Below are positions 20,101 to 28,979 of a DNA stretch of 63,876 nucleotides, in pieces. Each line of letters begins with the position of its first letter. Position 1 is the stretch's first letter. The notes below the pieces were generated by a model, which was given only the letters and a program-made list of their open reading frames with translations, was not told where the DNA came from and made no database searches. A program made the translations under genes and the position numbers. Source of the stretch: an uncultured Bacillota bacterium (lineage in GTDB: Bacteria; Bacillota_I; Bacilli_A; RF39; UBA660); NCBI GenBank assembly GCA_946622285.1, contig CAMOPK010000003.1:1-63876 (forward strand). Direction: 5' to 3'.

Positions 20101-22257
20101 CTATACTCTTAAAGGATTAAAATCAATATCAACATTGATTTTATTATCCTTGTTATACTTGTTTTTTACATATAAAATTTGTTCTCGAATATCTGAATCA
20201 TTTTTATATTTCAAAATTATTTGATAAAAATATATATTGTTAACTTTTACCATCATAGCTGGACTTGGTCCAAGTATGAAAACAAACTCATTTAGACTGT
20301 TTCTTAAATATGTTGCTATCTTATTACTTTCTTCTTTAATTAGTTCCTCATTTTTTCCAGATATTTTAATTAATAACAAATTAAAATATGGTGGATAGTT
20401 TAATTTTTTTCTAATAGCTAATTCTTGTTTGATATAAGCATCATAGTCATTATTAGCAGCTTCAACAATACTATAGTGTTCTTTATTAAAAACTTGAATA
20501 TAAACTTCACCTTTTTTTGAAGCTCTTCCACTTCTACCTGATATTTGGTTTAAAAGTTGAAAAGTGCGTTCACCTGCTCTAAAATCAGGAACATTTAAAG
20601 AAGCATCTCCATTTATAACTCCAACTAGTGTTACATTAGGAAAATCAAGTCCCTTAGCAATCATCTGTGTACCAACTAAAATATCATATTTTTGATCCAT
20701 AAAATCTTTAATAATTTTAGCATGAGCACCTTTTTTTGAAGTCGTATCAATATCCATTCTAACAGTTCTTGCTTTAAATAATTTATTTATTTCTTCTTCT
20801 AATTTTTGAGTGCCTAATCCAAAATAATTAATATTTTTGCTATGACAATTTGGACATATTTTTGGTACACTTTCGGCATGGCCACAATAATGACATCTAA
20901 TTACATTCGAACTCTTATGATATACAAGAGGAATATCGCATGCTTTACATTTTATTGTATATCCGCAATCATGGCATGTAATATTCGTTGAATAACCTCG
21001 TCTATTTAAAAGTATAATAACTTGTTCATGTAGTTCTAATCTCAAGTTGATTGCGTCTATTAATTCTTTTGATAAAATATGATATCCTTTTTTTATTTCT
21101 TCCTTCATATCTATTAAATATGTTTTAGGCAAATTATTATTTACTCTTTTTTTCATTTCAATAAGCGTATAAATATTAGTATATGCTCTCACATAACTTT
21201 CAACTGAAGGAGTTGCACTACCTAAAACGAGTTCACAATTATGATATTTGGCTCTCCAAAGGGCCAAATCAATTGTATTATATTTGGGATTATTTTCTTG
21301 CTTATATGAATCTGAATGTTCTTCATCAATAACAATTAATCCAAGATTAGTTAATGGTGCAAAAATAGCACTACGAGCTCCTATTACGATTTTTACTTCA
21401 TGCCTTTCAATTTTTCGCCATTCATCAAATTTTTCACCATCTGAAAGCCCACTATGTAAAATAGCTATATTATCTTTAAATCTATTTTTAAAATTTGATA
21501 CTAATTGTGGTGTTAAACTTATTTCTGGCACTAATACAATTACTTCTTTACCAAAATCTAATACTTTTTTTATTATTTGCATATAAACTTCGGTTTTCCC
21601 AGATCCAGTTACACCATGTATTAAAAAAGGCGTAAACGTATTTAATCTATTTTCTAAAATAGATAATGCATTTTTTTGTTCGTCTGTTAATTCAAAATTA
21701 CTATTATCTTTTAAATCATTATCATCTTTTAAGCGATATTCTTCTTCTGTTACTTCTTTTAATATTTCTTTATCAAGTAATATTTTTAAAGCAGACTTAC
21801 TTGTTATTTCACTTTTTAAAACTTTTTCTTTAGTCTTAACTAAATCATATATTTCTTGTTGTTTAGGTGTTAATTTAGATACTTGTTCACCTAAAATTAT
21901 ATAAGAAACAAATTTTTTATTAATTTTAGTATTCTTGTGTGCTTTTAATGCTGTTGGAAGCATTGTTTGATAAGAACTTATTAAATTGCAAAGTGTTTTC
22001 CTACTTATATATTTTCCAAGTTCTAATAATTCTTCATTTAAAACTGGCTCTTCGTCGATTACTTTAATTATATCTTTTACTTCGTAATTTGTATCATCAG
22101 TAAAACCAACAATAAAACCTTCTAGTTCACGATTTTGAAATGGAACTAAAACTCGTTTACCTATTACAATTTCGTTTTCTAATTCAGGTGGTACATGATA
22201 TGAAAAAGTACGATCTTGTTTCCAAGCTTTTATTTCAACTAAAACTTCAATTATCAT
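20101..22257 (-). CDS. priA: Primosomal protein N' (replication restart helicase PriA)
   Basis: Walker A HGVTGSGKTEVY, DEEH box and the Cys-rich zinc region CHDCGY..CKACD...CHYCGH...CPNCHS. Confidence 0.95.
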   Translation of the reverse strand: MIIEVLVEIKAWKQDRTFSYHVPPELENEIVIGKRVLVPFQNRELEGFIVGFTDDTNYEVKDIIKVIDEEPVLNEELLELGKYISRKTLCNLISSYQTMLPTALKAHKNTKINKKFVSYIILGEQVSKLTPKQQEIYDLVKTKEKVLKSEITSKSALKILLDKEILKEVTEEEYRLKDDNDLKDNSNFELTDEQKNALSILENRLNTFTPFLIHGVTGSGKTEVYMQIIKKVLDFGKEVIVLVPEISLTPQLVSNFKNRFKDNIAILHSGLSDGEKFDEWRKIERHEVKIVIGARSAIFAPLTNLGLIVIDEEHSDSYKQENNPKYNTIDLALWRAKYHNCELVLGSATPSVESYVRAYTNIYTLIEMKKRVNNNLPKTYLIDMKEEIKKGYHILSKELIDAINLRLELHEQVIILLNRRGYSTNITCHDCGYTIKCKACDIPLVYHKSSNVIRCHYCGHAESVPKICPNCHSKNINYFGLGTQKLEEEINKLFKARTVRMDIDTTSKKGAHAKIIKDFMDQKYDILVGTQMIAKGLDFPNVTLVGVINGDASLNVPDFRAGERTFQLLNQISGRSGRASKKGEVYIQVFNKEHYSIVEAANNDYDAYIKQELAIRKKLNYPPYFNLLLIKISGKNEELIKEESNKIATYLRNSLNEFVFILGPSPAMMVKVNNIYFYQIILKYKNDSDIREQILYVKNKYNKDNKINVDIDFNPLRV

Positions 22258-22346
22258 CTATCTCACCTCTTAATTATTATAACATTTATGAACAAATGTT
22301 TGCAACCAAAATAAATAAAACATGTTATAATATCACTGGTGATAAA

Positions 22347-23636
22347 ATGCTTAAAAAATATAAAGTTCCAATAATATTTTCATTAACAGGTATTATTGTT
22401 TTCACAATTTTATTTTTCAGCAAAGTTAATTCGGATTTAATGTGGAATTTTGGTTACTCATATAATACATCAATTGGAAGACTTATGTATAAAGACTTCA
22501 ATATGGTAATTTCCCCACTATATCCAACTTTAACCGGTCTTTTAATGCATATCTTAGGAAATAATATGATTTCATTTACTTTAATTAATACTGTTTATGT
22601 TTTATTAGTTATCTATATTATTTATAAGTTGAATCCAAAAATATATTTGATTAGTATCCCCTTTGTATTAATTTCATGTTTAGCTAATTATAATACTTTA
22701 TGTATTCTATTTGCTTTACTAATAGTTTATTTAGAAAAGAGAGAAAAAAATGATTACTTAATTGGGTTTATAATTGCTCTCGCCTTTTTAACTAAGATAA
22801 ATGCTGGTATCTTTTTAGCAATCCCATCATTATTTTATATCAAAAAATTTAATAAAATAATTAAGAGATTTATAGGATTTATAATTCCAAACATTGCAGT
22901 TGCATTAATATTTTTACTTCTAAATAATTTAAAAAATTATATAAGTTATGTGTTTTTAGGAGTCCTAGATTTTGCTTCTAACAACTTACAGTTTTCTTTA
23001 ATTGCTTTAATTGTTCCAATTATTGTAATTTACTTAGTTTACCTATTTATTAAAGAGAAAAATATTGTTTATTTATATAGTATATTTTTTACAGCTTTGA
23101 TATATCCAGTTATGAATGAACTACATGTCATAATTGCTCTTATTCCTGCAATTATAGTTTTATTTGACAAATATGACGATTATATATATAAGCTTAGATA
23201 TAGTGCATTTTTATTTATATTTATACCAATTATAGGACTTGTTTTAGATTATAAGAGTGCTAATTATACTCATGATAAAAATTTATTTAAATATCGTCCT
23301 ATTCAAAGTGAATATGTAAAAAATAAAAACGATTTAGATCGTTACTTTAATAGTTATTATGAAGATGTTTGTTTTCTTCTATATGACAATTATTTATATA
23401 AATTAATGTTAGATTTACCTATTAATAAGTATGATGTAATCTTGTATGGTAATTTAGGTTACAAAGGCACAGACAAAATGATTAATTATTTAAAATCTAA
23501 AGAAAAAGATCATTATTTTGTTGTTGATAGTGTCATAAATGGTGCTCAATATAATGAAAAAATACTTAATTATGTTCAAACAAATTACAAAATGGATGCT
23601 CTTGTTGGTAATTTTTACATATTTAAGAAAAAATAA
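22347..23636 (+). CDS. Polytopic membrane protein, possibly a GT-C-fold (PMT_2/ArnT-like) glycosyltransferase
   Basis: More than 10 hydrophobic helices, a YKDF....PLYP loop near the N-terminus and a soluble C-terminal domain. Start moved to ATG 22347 (MLKKYKVP...), because the ORF-track start at 22140 overlaps priA. Confidence 0.45.
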   Translation: MLKKYKVPIIFSLTGIIVFTILFFSKVNSDLMWNFGYSYNTSIGRLMYKDFNMVISPLYPTLTGLLMHILGNNMISFTLINTVYVLLVIYIIYKLNPKIYLISIPFVLISCLANYNTLCILFALLIVYLEKREKNDYLIGFIIALAFLTKINAGIFLAIPSLFYIKKFNKIIKRFIGFIIPNIAVALIFLLLNNLKNYISYVFLGVLDFASNNLQFSLIALIVPIIVIYLVYLFIKEKNIVYLYSIFFTALIYPVMNELHVIIALIPAIIVLFDKYDDYIYKLRYSAFLFIFIPIIGLVLDYKSANYTHDKNLFKYRPIQSEYVKNKNDLDRYFNSYYEDVCFLLYDNYLYKLMLDLPINKYDVILYGNLGYKGTDKMINYLKSKEKDHYFVVDSVINGAQYNEKILNYVQTNYKMDALVGNFYIFKKK

Positions 23637-23661
23637 AAAACCAAGATTTCTCTTGGTTTTT
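23635..23661. terminator. Bidirectional hairpin terminator between convergent genes
   Basis: Stem aaccaaga (23639-23646), loop tttc, stem tcttggtt (23651-23658), flanked by an A-run and a T-run. Confidence 0.75.
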
Positions 23662-23674
23662 ATTTTTAATTTAA

Positions 23675-24694
23675 TTAAGCATTGATTGAGAATACTAAAT
23701 CGTAATCAATGTTTCCGCCAGATGCAGTGTTTTCACAGTCAACATCTTGACCTTCAACCCACATATATACTCTTACTTTTGTTACGCCTGCTTGTAAACT
23801 AAATATTTGAGTACTTGTACTATTTCCTTCAACAGTACTATATGTAGGAGTTACAGATTTGAAAAGTGAACTATATGTTGTTGCATTTGCTTGACCTAAT
23901 TTAACATTGTTTGCGGCAGTTATTGTACCAATAACTCCATCGTATGAAATTCTATTTGCGCCTGTTTGTTGCGTTGTAATTGCATAAGTATCTCTGGCAT
24001 GTGATACACCATTTGCTGTATGTACATCATAGTTTGGTTCCCACATATATACTGGAGAACTTGCAGCTCCTGTAGTACCTAATGCTTGAATATTAGCAAC
24101 TGTATCTGAAGCAGCTGTATTACCTAATACTACGAATGCAACACGAGAAGCATTTTTAATACCTTTATCTGTTGCGTCTTCAGTTGTTACATCTGAATCA
24201 CCAGTCAAGTATAAATCTGTAGCAGTGTCTGATTTAAAGAATAAATCGAATGCAACAAATTTACCAGTACTTGTACTACCATTTGATTCAGTTTCTACTG
24301 AAGGTGTTGTTGTTAAGATAAAATCTCCATCATCGTTAGCTACAACTACACCATAGAACATTTCTAACTTACCAGAATCATTTACGTTTAATCCAGTTGA
24401 TACAGGTTCCATTGCTGCTGGTAATTGGTTAACACTAGATGTATAAGTTGTACCATGTACACTTGTAAGATCTGTTGTTAATAAGATTGTTTTCCAGTTT
24501 GTACCATCAGCTGATAATTGAATACCACCTTTTGCTTCAACGTTAACTGTGATTGTGTCAACTCTTACTGTTTCATTAGAAGTGAACCATGCATATGTTG
24601 ATGTTACTAACATAGTTCCTGTCATAAATAATAAAAGTAAAAGTAACAACATTCTTTTGTTCTTTCTTTTCTCTGTTTGTTTTCTTTCTTTCAT
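23675..24694 (-). CDS. TasA/camelysin-superfamily-like secreted protein (large class, 339 aa) with a SipW-cognate-type signal peptide
   Basis: N-terminus KRKNKRMLLLLLLLFMTGTMLVTSTYAWFTSNETV. Paralogue of the 369-aa protein. C-terminal motif VRVYMWVEGQDVDCEN. Has its own promoter region and terminator. Confidence 0.7.
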   Translation of the reverse strand: MKERKQTEKRKNKRMLLLLLLLFMTGTMLVTSTYAWFTSNETVRVDTITVNVEAKGGIQLSADGTNWKTILLTTDLTSVHGTTYTSSVNQLPAAMEPVSTGLNVNDSGKLEMFYGVVVANDDGDFILTTTPSVETESNGSTSTGKFVAFDLFFKSDTATDLYLTGDSDVTTEDATDKGIKNASRVAFVVLGNTAASDTVANIQALGTTGAASSPVYMWEPNYDVHTANGVSHARDTYAITTQQTGANRISYDGVIGTITAANNVKLGQANATTYSSLFKSVTPTYSTVEGNSTSTQIFSLQAGVTKVRVYMWVEGQDVDCENTASGGNIDYDLVFSINA

Positions 24695-24748
24695 TTTCTA
24701 CAACTCCATTTCTTTCTAGAGACTTTCTCTCTTTACCTTACGAACTCA

Positions 24749-24757
24749 TTTTAGCAT
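24749..24757 (-). promoter_or_regulatory. Extended -10-like element (TGCTAAAAT) for the 339-aa TasA-like gene
   Basis: Plus-strand attttagca reverse-complements to TGCTAAAAT, ~55 nt upstream of the ATG. GGAG RBS precedes the ATG. Confidence 0.4.
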
Positions 24758-24781
24758 ATGTTTTTTTACTATACAACTAGT

Positions 24782-24843
24782 GTTTACACAAAAACAACTA
24801 CAGTTTACACAATTTGTAAAATCAAGTGTTGTACATTGTAAAC
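24782..24843. promoter_or_regulatory. Cluster of GTTTACA(C)AA motifs, a candidate operator
   Basis: gtttacacaa occurs at 24782-24791 and 24803-24812 (exact direct repeat, 21-bp spacing). Inverted copies are ttgtaaac at 24836-24843 and ttgtaaaa at 24814-24821. Confidence 0.4.
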
Positions 24844-24878
24844 GTATTGTTTTTTAAGGCTTTATATCAATTTTATTT

Positions 24879-25463
24879 TTAGTCTTCTTCTAAAATTTGC
24901 TTAGAATCAACAACAATCTCGATACTTTCAACAATATCTTGATAATTATAAGACATATAATCAAGTGGAAAATAAATAACCAATTGATAACTATATGTTT
25001 GATTAGTTTCAAAACTAAAAGTTTCCCTAGGTGCTACCATCGTTTTAAAATATGTTCCATCTTCATCAGCTGCAATAGATGTAGTTGACGAAATAATATT
25101 TGTAGCACCATTGGCATTATATGCTTGATTTTTATAAAGTTCATATGAAAGTGGCAAATTAGTAGTAGTTACAATTTTTAAATCATAAAGAGCATCTACA
25201 CCTAATCTATTAGTGCCATCATTATTTGAAACTGTAAAATTCACGATATATGGATCATTACTTGGCTCTAATTTGCTCAATACTACGTTCTTTCTTTGAT
25301 ATTCTGTATTAATGATATAAAATGCAACATTAATATCAGGATTAGTATTTGCACTAGACTGATATCTAGAAAATACCTTTGGTAGAATAGCAAGTGCTGT
25401 CATCAAAAGTACTATTGCCATTGATGCTTTGATTGCTAATATAAAACGTTTTTTTGATATCAT
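24879..25463 (-). CDS. Secreted protein with a SipW-class-like signal (194 aa), small accessory subunit candidate
   Basis: N-terminus KKRFILAIKASMAIVLLMTALAILPKVFSRYQSS. ATGA start/stop overlap with the upstream sipW. Confidence 0.5.
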   Translation of the reverse strand: MISKKRFILAIKASMAIVLLMTALAILPKVFSRYQSSANTNPDINVAFYIINTEYQRKNVVLSKLEPSNDPYIVNFTVSNNDGTNRLGVDALYDLKIVTTTNLPLSYELYKNQAYNANGATNIISSTTSIAADEDGTYFKTMVAPRETFSFETNQTYSYQLVIYFPLDYMSYNYQDIVESIEIVVDSKQILEED

Positions 25464-26017
25464 TTTTTCTTGCCTCCTATATCTAAGATTTCAATTCCAT
25501 CTTTGTCATATTTAACTTTATTTTTCTTTGGAATATATGAAACACATATACTAAATAAGAATAAAGTTATAACAATTGAAATAAAGATTTTAGGAGTTAA
25601 CAATATATCAACAAAAGAACTTGCTTTACTAAATACATGAACTACTTTTCCTACAATCATATCTTTAGTTATTGGAGAGTCACTACTATTATTACTATCT
25701 CCTCGTGTAATTATTTCTTTTCCTTTTTTTTCAACTACACGGTGAGTTATAAAGTTATCATCTTTGTAAAACGTAATAATGTCATCTTTTTTTACATCTT
25801 TATCGATTTTAACAATAATTACATCACCAATTTCTAACGTTGGTGACATACTTCCAGTTACAACACTAAAAGCAGTATAACCAAATAAATTAAAATATTT
25901 TTTACTTTGGACTTTTAATTGATAAAGTCCATATAAAGAAAAAATAATAGCAATTGATGTGATAAATAATAAAATATCAACAACAATTCGCATTATCTTT
26001 TCAGCTGTTTTTATCAT
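25460..26017 (-). CDS. sipW: Signal peptidase I, SipW/archaeal-ER type (S26B), catalytic motifs intact
   Basis: VVTGSMSPTLEIGDVIIV (Ser box), ITHRVVE (His box), TRGDSNNSSDSP (Asp box) and a C-terminal TM anchor. Confidence 0.85.
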   Translation of the reverse strand: MIKTAEKIMRIVVDILLFITSIAIIFSLYGLYQLKVQSKKYFNLFGYTAFSVVTGSMSPTLEIGDVIIVKIDKDVKKDDIITFYKDDNFITHRVVEKKGKEIITRGDSNNSSDSPITKDMIVGKVVHVFSKASSFVDILLTPKIFISIVITLFLFSICVSYIPKKNKVKYDKDGIEILDIGGKKK

Positions 26018-26034
26018 TTATCTTCACCTTGCTA

Positions 26035-26646
26035 TTATTCATATTCAACTAATTCTTCACCTAAATATTGCATTACATCAATTTGCACAGGTATTGATAT
26101 TGAGCCATCAATATTCATTCCTATTTCTGTATCAATATCATTATTTTGTTCATCATTATCCCACTTTATCGCAACTCTTACACTACTAAATGCATTATTT
26201 CGTATTTCACTTAACGTTATTATTCCAGAATAAACATTTTCACCAGTTCTTACTAGTGTCCTTCCATTCAACTCAGCAATTTCATCGACAACTAAACTAG
26301 TTGATAGTTCTGAAAAGTCAAATGTAATATCATATCTAATTGAGACATCAGTACCACTAGGAATAATATTTAAATCAAAATATGCACTTGTACCAGGAGC
26401 CATTCTATTTTGAACAACATGTTCGTTAGTAGATATATTAACATTATTAACTGTGAATTGTGTAGTATCACCAGAAATATTTGTACCATTAACATAAATG
26501 TTCCAAGATCCAGCTGTTGTTCCTGCTTGAACACTTATTTCGCTTTCAAATAAAGCATATGAGTCACGAACATTATAAATGGTAATTCCTAGCATAATTA
26601 CTACTGCCACAATAAGTAGAATTTTAGCGTTTTTACTTTTTTCCAT
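26035..26646 (-). CDS. TasA-family-like secreted protein (small class, 203 aa) with a SipW-cognate-type signal
   Basis: KILLIVAVVIMLGITIYNVRDSYALFESEISV. The motifs MAPGTSAYFDLNI and VRVAIKWDNDE are shared with the 193-aa paralogue. Confidence 0.65.
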   Translation of the reverse strand: MEKSKNAKILLIVAVVIMLGITIYNVRDSYALFESEISVQAGTTAGSWNIYVNGTNISGDTTQFTVNNVNISTNEHVVQNRMAPGTSAYFDLNIIPSGTDVSIRYDITFDFSELSTSLVVDEIAELNGRTLVRTGENVYSGIITLSEIRNNAFSSVRVAIKWDNDEQNNDIDTEIGMNIDGSISIPVQIDVMQYLGEELVEYE

Positions 26647-27166
26647 TATTTGGGTTCTTTACTTCCATAATTACAGCATATACTAAATATATAAACATTA
26701 GAAGTACTGGCAAAATTATTAGGAAAAGGAAGCCCCATCTAGATTCAAGAACAGATAAAGCTGTACCAAGTCCACTATAAACTTTGCTTGTTTCAGCCTT
26801 TCCTATAATATATCTACTTGTTAATTTTAAGTTTCCTTCAATTGTAAATGTACTTTCAGTTTCAGTAACTTTAGTATTATTAACAACGTCACCTAAATTA
26901 ACAGAAACTTGATGCTCTTTTCCATTATAGAAAAATATTTTATCTCCAGCCTCTATTTCAGAATCTGCATTACGTTTTACAATAACCAAATCGCCTTTTT
27001 TAAAACTTGGTTCTAACGCATCATCTTTAACAATTATAAATGTATTTTTGCCTATTACAGTTAAATTATACTCATTATAATTTAATAGACAAATCGTAAG
27101 TCCTAATGCAATAGTAATATATATAACTATCACAATTCCAATCAAAAATTTTAATACTTTTTTCAT
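26633..27166 (-). CDS. SipW-like protein with a degenerate active site (predicted pseudo-peptidase)
   Basis: Same architecture as SipW (N-terminal TM, beta core, C-terminal TM). The Ser box reads VKDDALEPSFKKGDLVIV, with Ala at the position of the nucleophile Ser. His is retained (KEHQV). No GD.N..D box. Confidence 0.65.
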   Translation of the reverse strand: MKKVLKFLIGIVIVIYITIALGLTICLLNYNEYNLTVIGKNTFIIVKDDALEPSFKKGDLVIVKRNADSEIEAGDKIFFYNGKEHQVSVNLGDVVNNTKVTETESTFTIEGNLKLTSRYIIGKAETSKVYSGLGTALSVLESRWGFLFLIILPVLLMFIYLVYAVIMEVKNPNNGKK

Positions 27167-27214
27167 TCTATCACCATCCGAAGTATAACATATTACCCTT
27201 TATTTTGCAATACT

Positions 27215-28768
27215 TCACTCTTTCTTTTCAACAATATCAAGGGCATTAAAAACAAATTCCATATTATCAAGATTAGCATTGATTTTTTTGAAATGAATGT
27301 TATTTGATAATGCTGTTGTTGCATCTATTAAACCATCAATGTTTTCTTCTTCTAACATTTCTGGTGTAATATTTAAGCCTAGCAAATTATATTTATCAAA
27401 TATTACCATTGCAATATCACGTTCATCTGTTATATATATGTTTTTAATGACATCAAGTTCATAATTAAATAGATAATAATTTATTTCATAGATTGTTCTA
27501 TTAACATCATCATCTGTTAATGTTTCATCACTACTTTTAATTAACCTATTTATGTATCGATAATCAGAAACAGCTAGTTCTAAAGCTTCATATATACTAG
27601 TCGTTTCATTTAATGAAGCAACACGCTCTAAAAATAGATTATCTTCATATTCACGATATAAACCTTCAACTTGTAAAATCATTACATTTACTTTGTTAGT
27701 CAAATCTTCTATTTTTTCAAGTTTTTTACCTTTAGAAATCATTTTATTTAATTTTTTACTAGTACTAATTAGTTTGCTTTCTAGTTTTTCGATTTCTTTC
27801 TTTTTAGGTGCTGCTATTTTATTATATTTTTCTTTTTCTTTATATATCTTTTTAATATCATCAACAATATATTTATATTTTAAATATGACTTATATTCTT
27901 TAAGTGAATCATTTAATTTTAAAACATTTGTGTTGATGGCATCTGTAACTTCAGCACCATCTTTTAAAATCATTTTATAATTTTTTTCAATTTGAATATC
28001 AGTATAATCTTTAAAATTTAAAATACGATTTAAAAATTTATTGCATATTAAATAATTATCTTCAAGAATTAAAGTATTTTGTCTTTTCTTTAAGCCTAAA
28101 TATTCATCAAATATACCTTCAGCATCTTTTTGCTTATTTTGCATCAAAATTATTTTTTGATCCGCATAATAATTATCAAAATACTTCATATATTTATAGA
28201 ATAAATATTTAAAGTTAATTGTTATTTGTTTAATTAAATCTGGACATTTCCAATAAAGTGAATCAAATAGCATTTTTAGTTTTGCACTGTTAATTCCATT
28301 TTGACGCTCAGCAAATACTTCATTTATATACATCGAAGTATAGATGCTATAGACAAAATCATCTGGACATAATTCAATACCAACTTTTTCAAATATATTT
28401 ATTGATGCAAAAATATTTTCATTTGCTACTTCTAAACTTGATTTATAGAAGTGATCCAAACTATAGAATATACGATCAAGACCACTTTTTTCATAAGATG
28501 TTGCTGTATCATTTAATATAGGCATCAATTTATACATTTCTTGAATCTTTTGATTTAATACTTCTAGTTCAGGATTTAATTCATAACTACTATATTCTTT
28601 ATATCTTGATTTAATTTCATTTAAAACAGTATCACAGTCTTCCGTATACTTTTTAATTAATTTATCAATTTCCGAAACACATTTCGTGCGATTTTTAACA
28701 TTATTTCTAGGTAAAGCATCTATGACTTCTTTACTAACATTGAATTCATTTTCATAATCATTTATCAT
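27215..28768 (-). CDS. Cytoplasmic, largely alpha-helical/coiled-coil protein of unknown function (517 aa)
   Basis: No signal peptide or TM segment. Lys/Glu-rich heptad-like stretch KKKEIEKLESKLISTSKKLNKMISKGKKLEKIEDL. Second gene of the unit that continues into the sipW-like genes. Confidence 0.55.
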   Translation of the reverse strand: MINDYENEFNVSKEVIDALPRNNVKNRTKCVSEIDKLIKKYTEDCDTVLNEIKSRYKEYSSYELNPELEVLNQKIQEMYKLMPILNDTATSYEKSGLDRIFYSLDHFYKSSLEVANENIFASINIFEKVGIELCPDDFVYSIYTSMYINEVFAERQNGINSAKLKMLFDSLYWKCPDLIKQITINFKYLFYKYMKYFDNYYADQKIILMQNKQKDAEGIFDEYLGLKKRQNTLILEDNYLICNKFLNRILNFKDYTDIQIEKNYKMILKDGAEVTDAINTNVLKLNDSLKEYKSYLKYKYIVDDIKKIYKEKEKYNKIAAPKKKEIEKLESKLISTSKKLNKMISKGKKLEKIEDLTNKVNVMILQVEGLYREYEDNLFLERVASLNETTSIYEALELAVSDYRYINRLIKSSDETLTDDDVNRTIYEINYYLFNYELDVIKNIYITDERDIAMVIFDKYNLLGLNITPEMLEEENIDGLIDATTALSNNIHFKKINANLDNMEFVFNALDIVEKKE

Positions 28769-28886
28769 CTGTTTTTTCTGTCTCCGCTACTTCTTTTTTT
28801 GCTGTTTCAAGTATTTTTATATAATTGTTTATATTCTTATATAATGTTAATAAATCTTCGTTACTTAAATCTTTAAGATTTTCCAT
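28758..28886 (-). CDS. Unlisted 42-aa ORF, translationally coupled to the 517-aa gene
   Basis: Manual translation gives MENLKDLSNEDLLTLYKNINNYIKILETAKKEVAETEKTDDK. Its stop overlaps the downstream ATG (ATGATAAATGA). It falls below the 60-aa ORF-track cutoff. Confidence 0.35.
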   Translation of the reverse strand: MENLKDLSNEDLLTLYKNINNYIKILETAKKEVAETEKTDDK

Positions 28887-28949
28887 AATATAGCACTTCC
28901 CTACTATTTATAATTATATCTAATTTTTTCATTTAAGTCTATATTTTAA

Positions 28950-28979
28950 GAAAAAACTTGCAAAAATATTGCAAGTTTT
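28950..28979 (-). terminator. Rho-independent terminator after the 2884-aa gene
   Basis: Stem aaaacttgcaa (28953-28963) pairs with ttgcaagtttt (28969-28979), followed by a T-run on the minus strand. Confidence 0.75.

Noticed and set aside
22140-22346. N-terminal extension of the plus-strand membrane-protein ORF
   Set aside because: The extension overlaps the 5' end of priA on the opposite strand and adds non-membrane junk sequence. ATG 22347 (MLKKYKVP...) follows an extended -10-like TGTTATAAT and begins the first TM region.
23675-24694. Calling the TasA-like proteins camelysin-type metalloproteases
   Set aside because: No HExxH or other zinc-protease motif is present in any of the paralogues. 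TasA-family proteins are now regarded as fibre subunits, so only the structural family is claimed.
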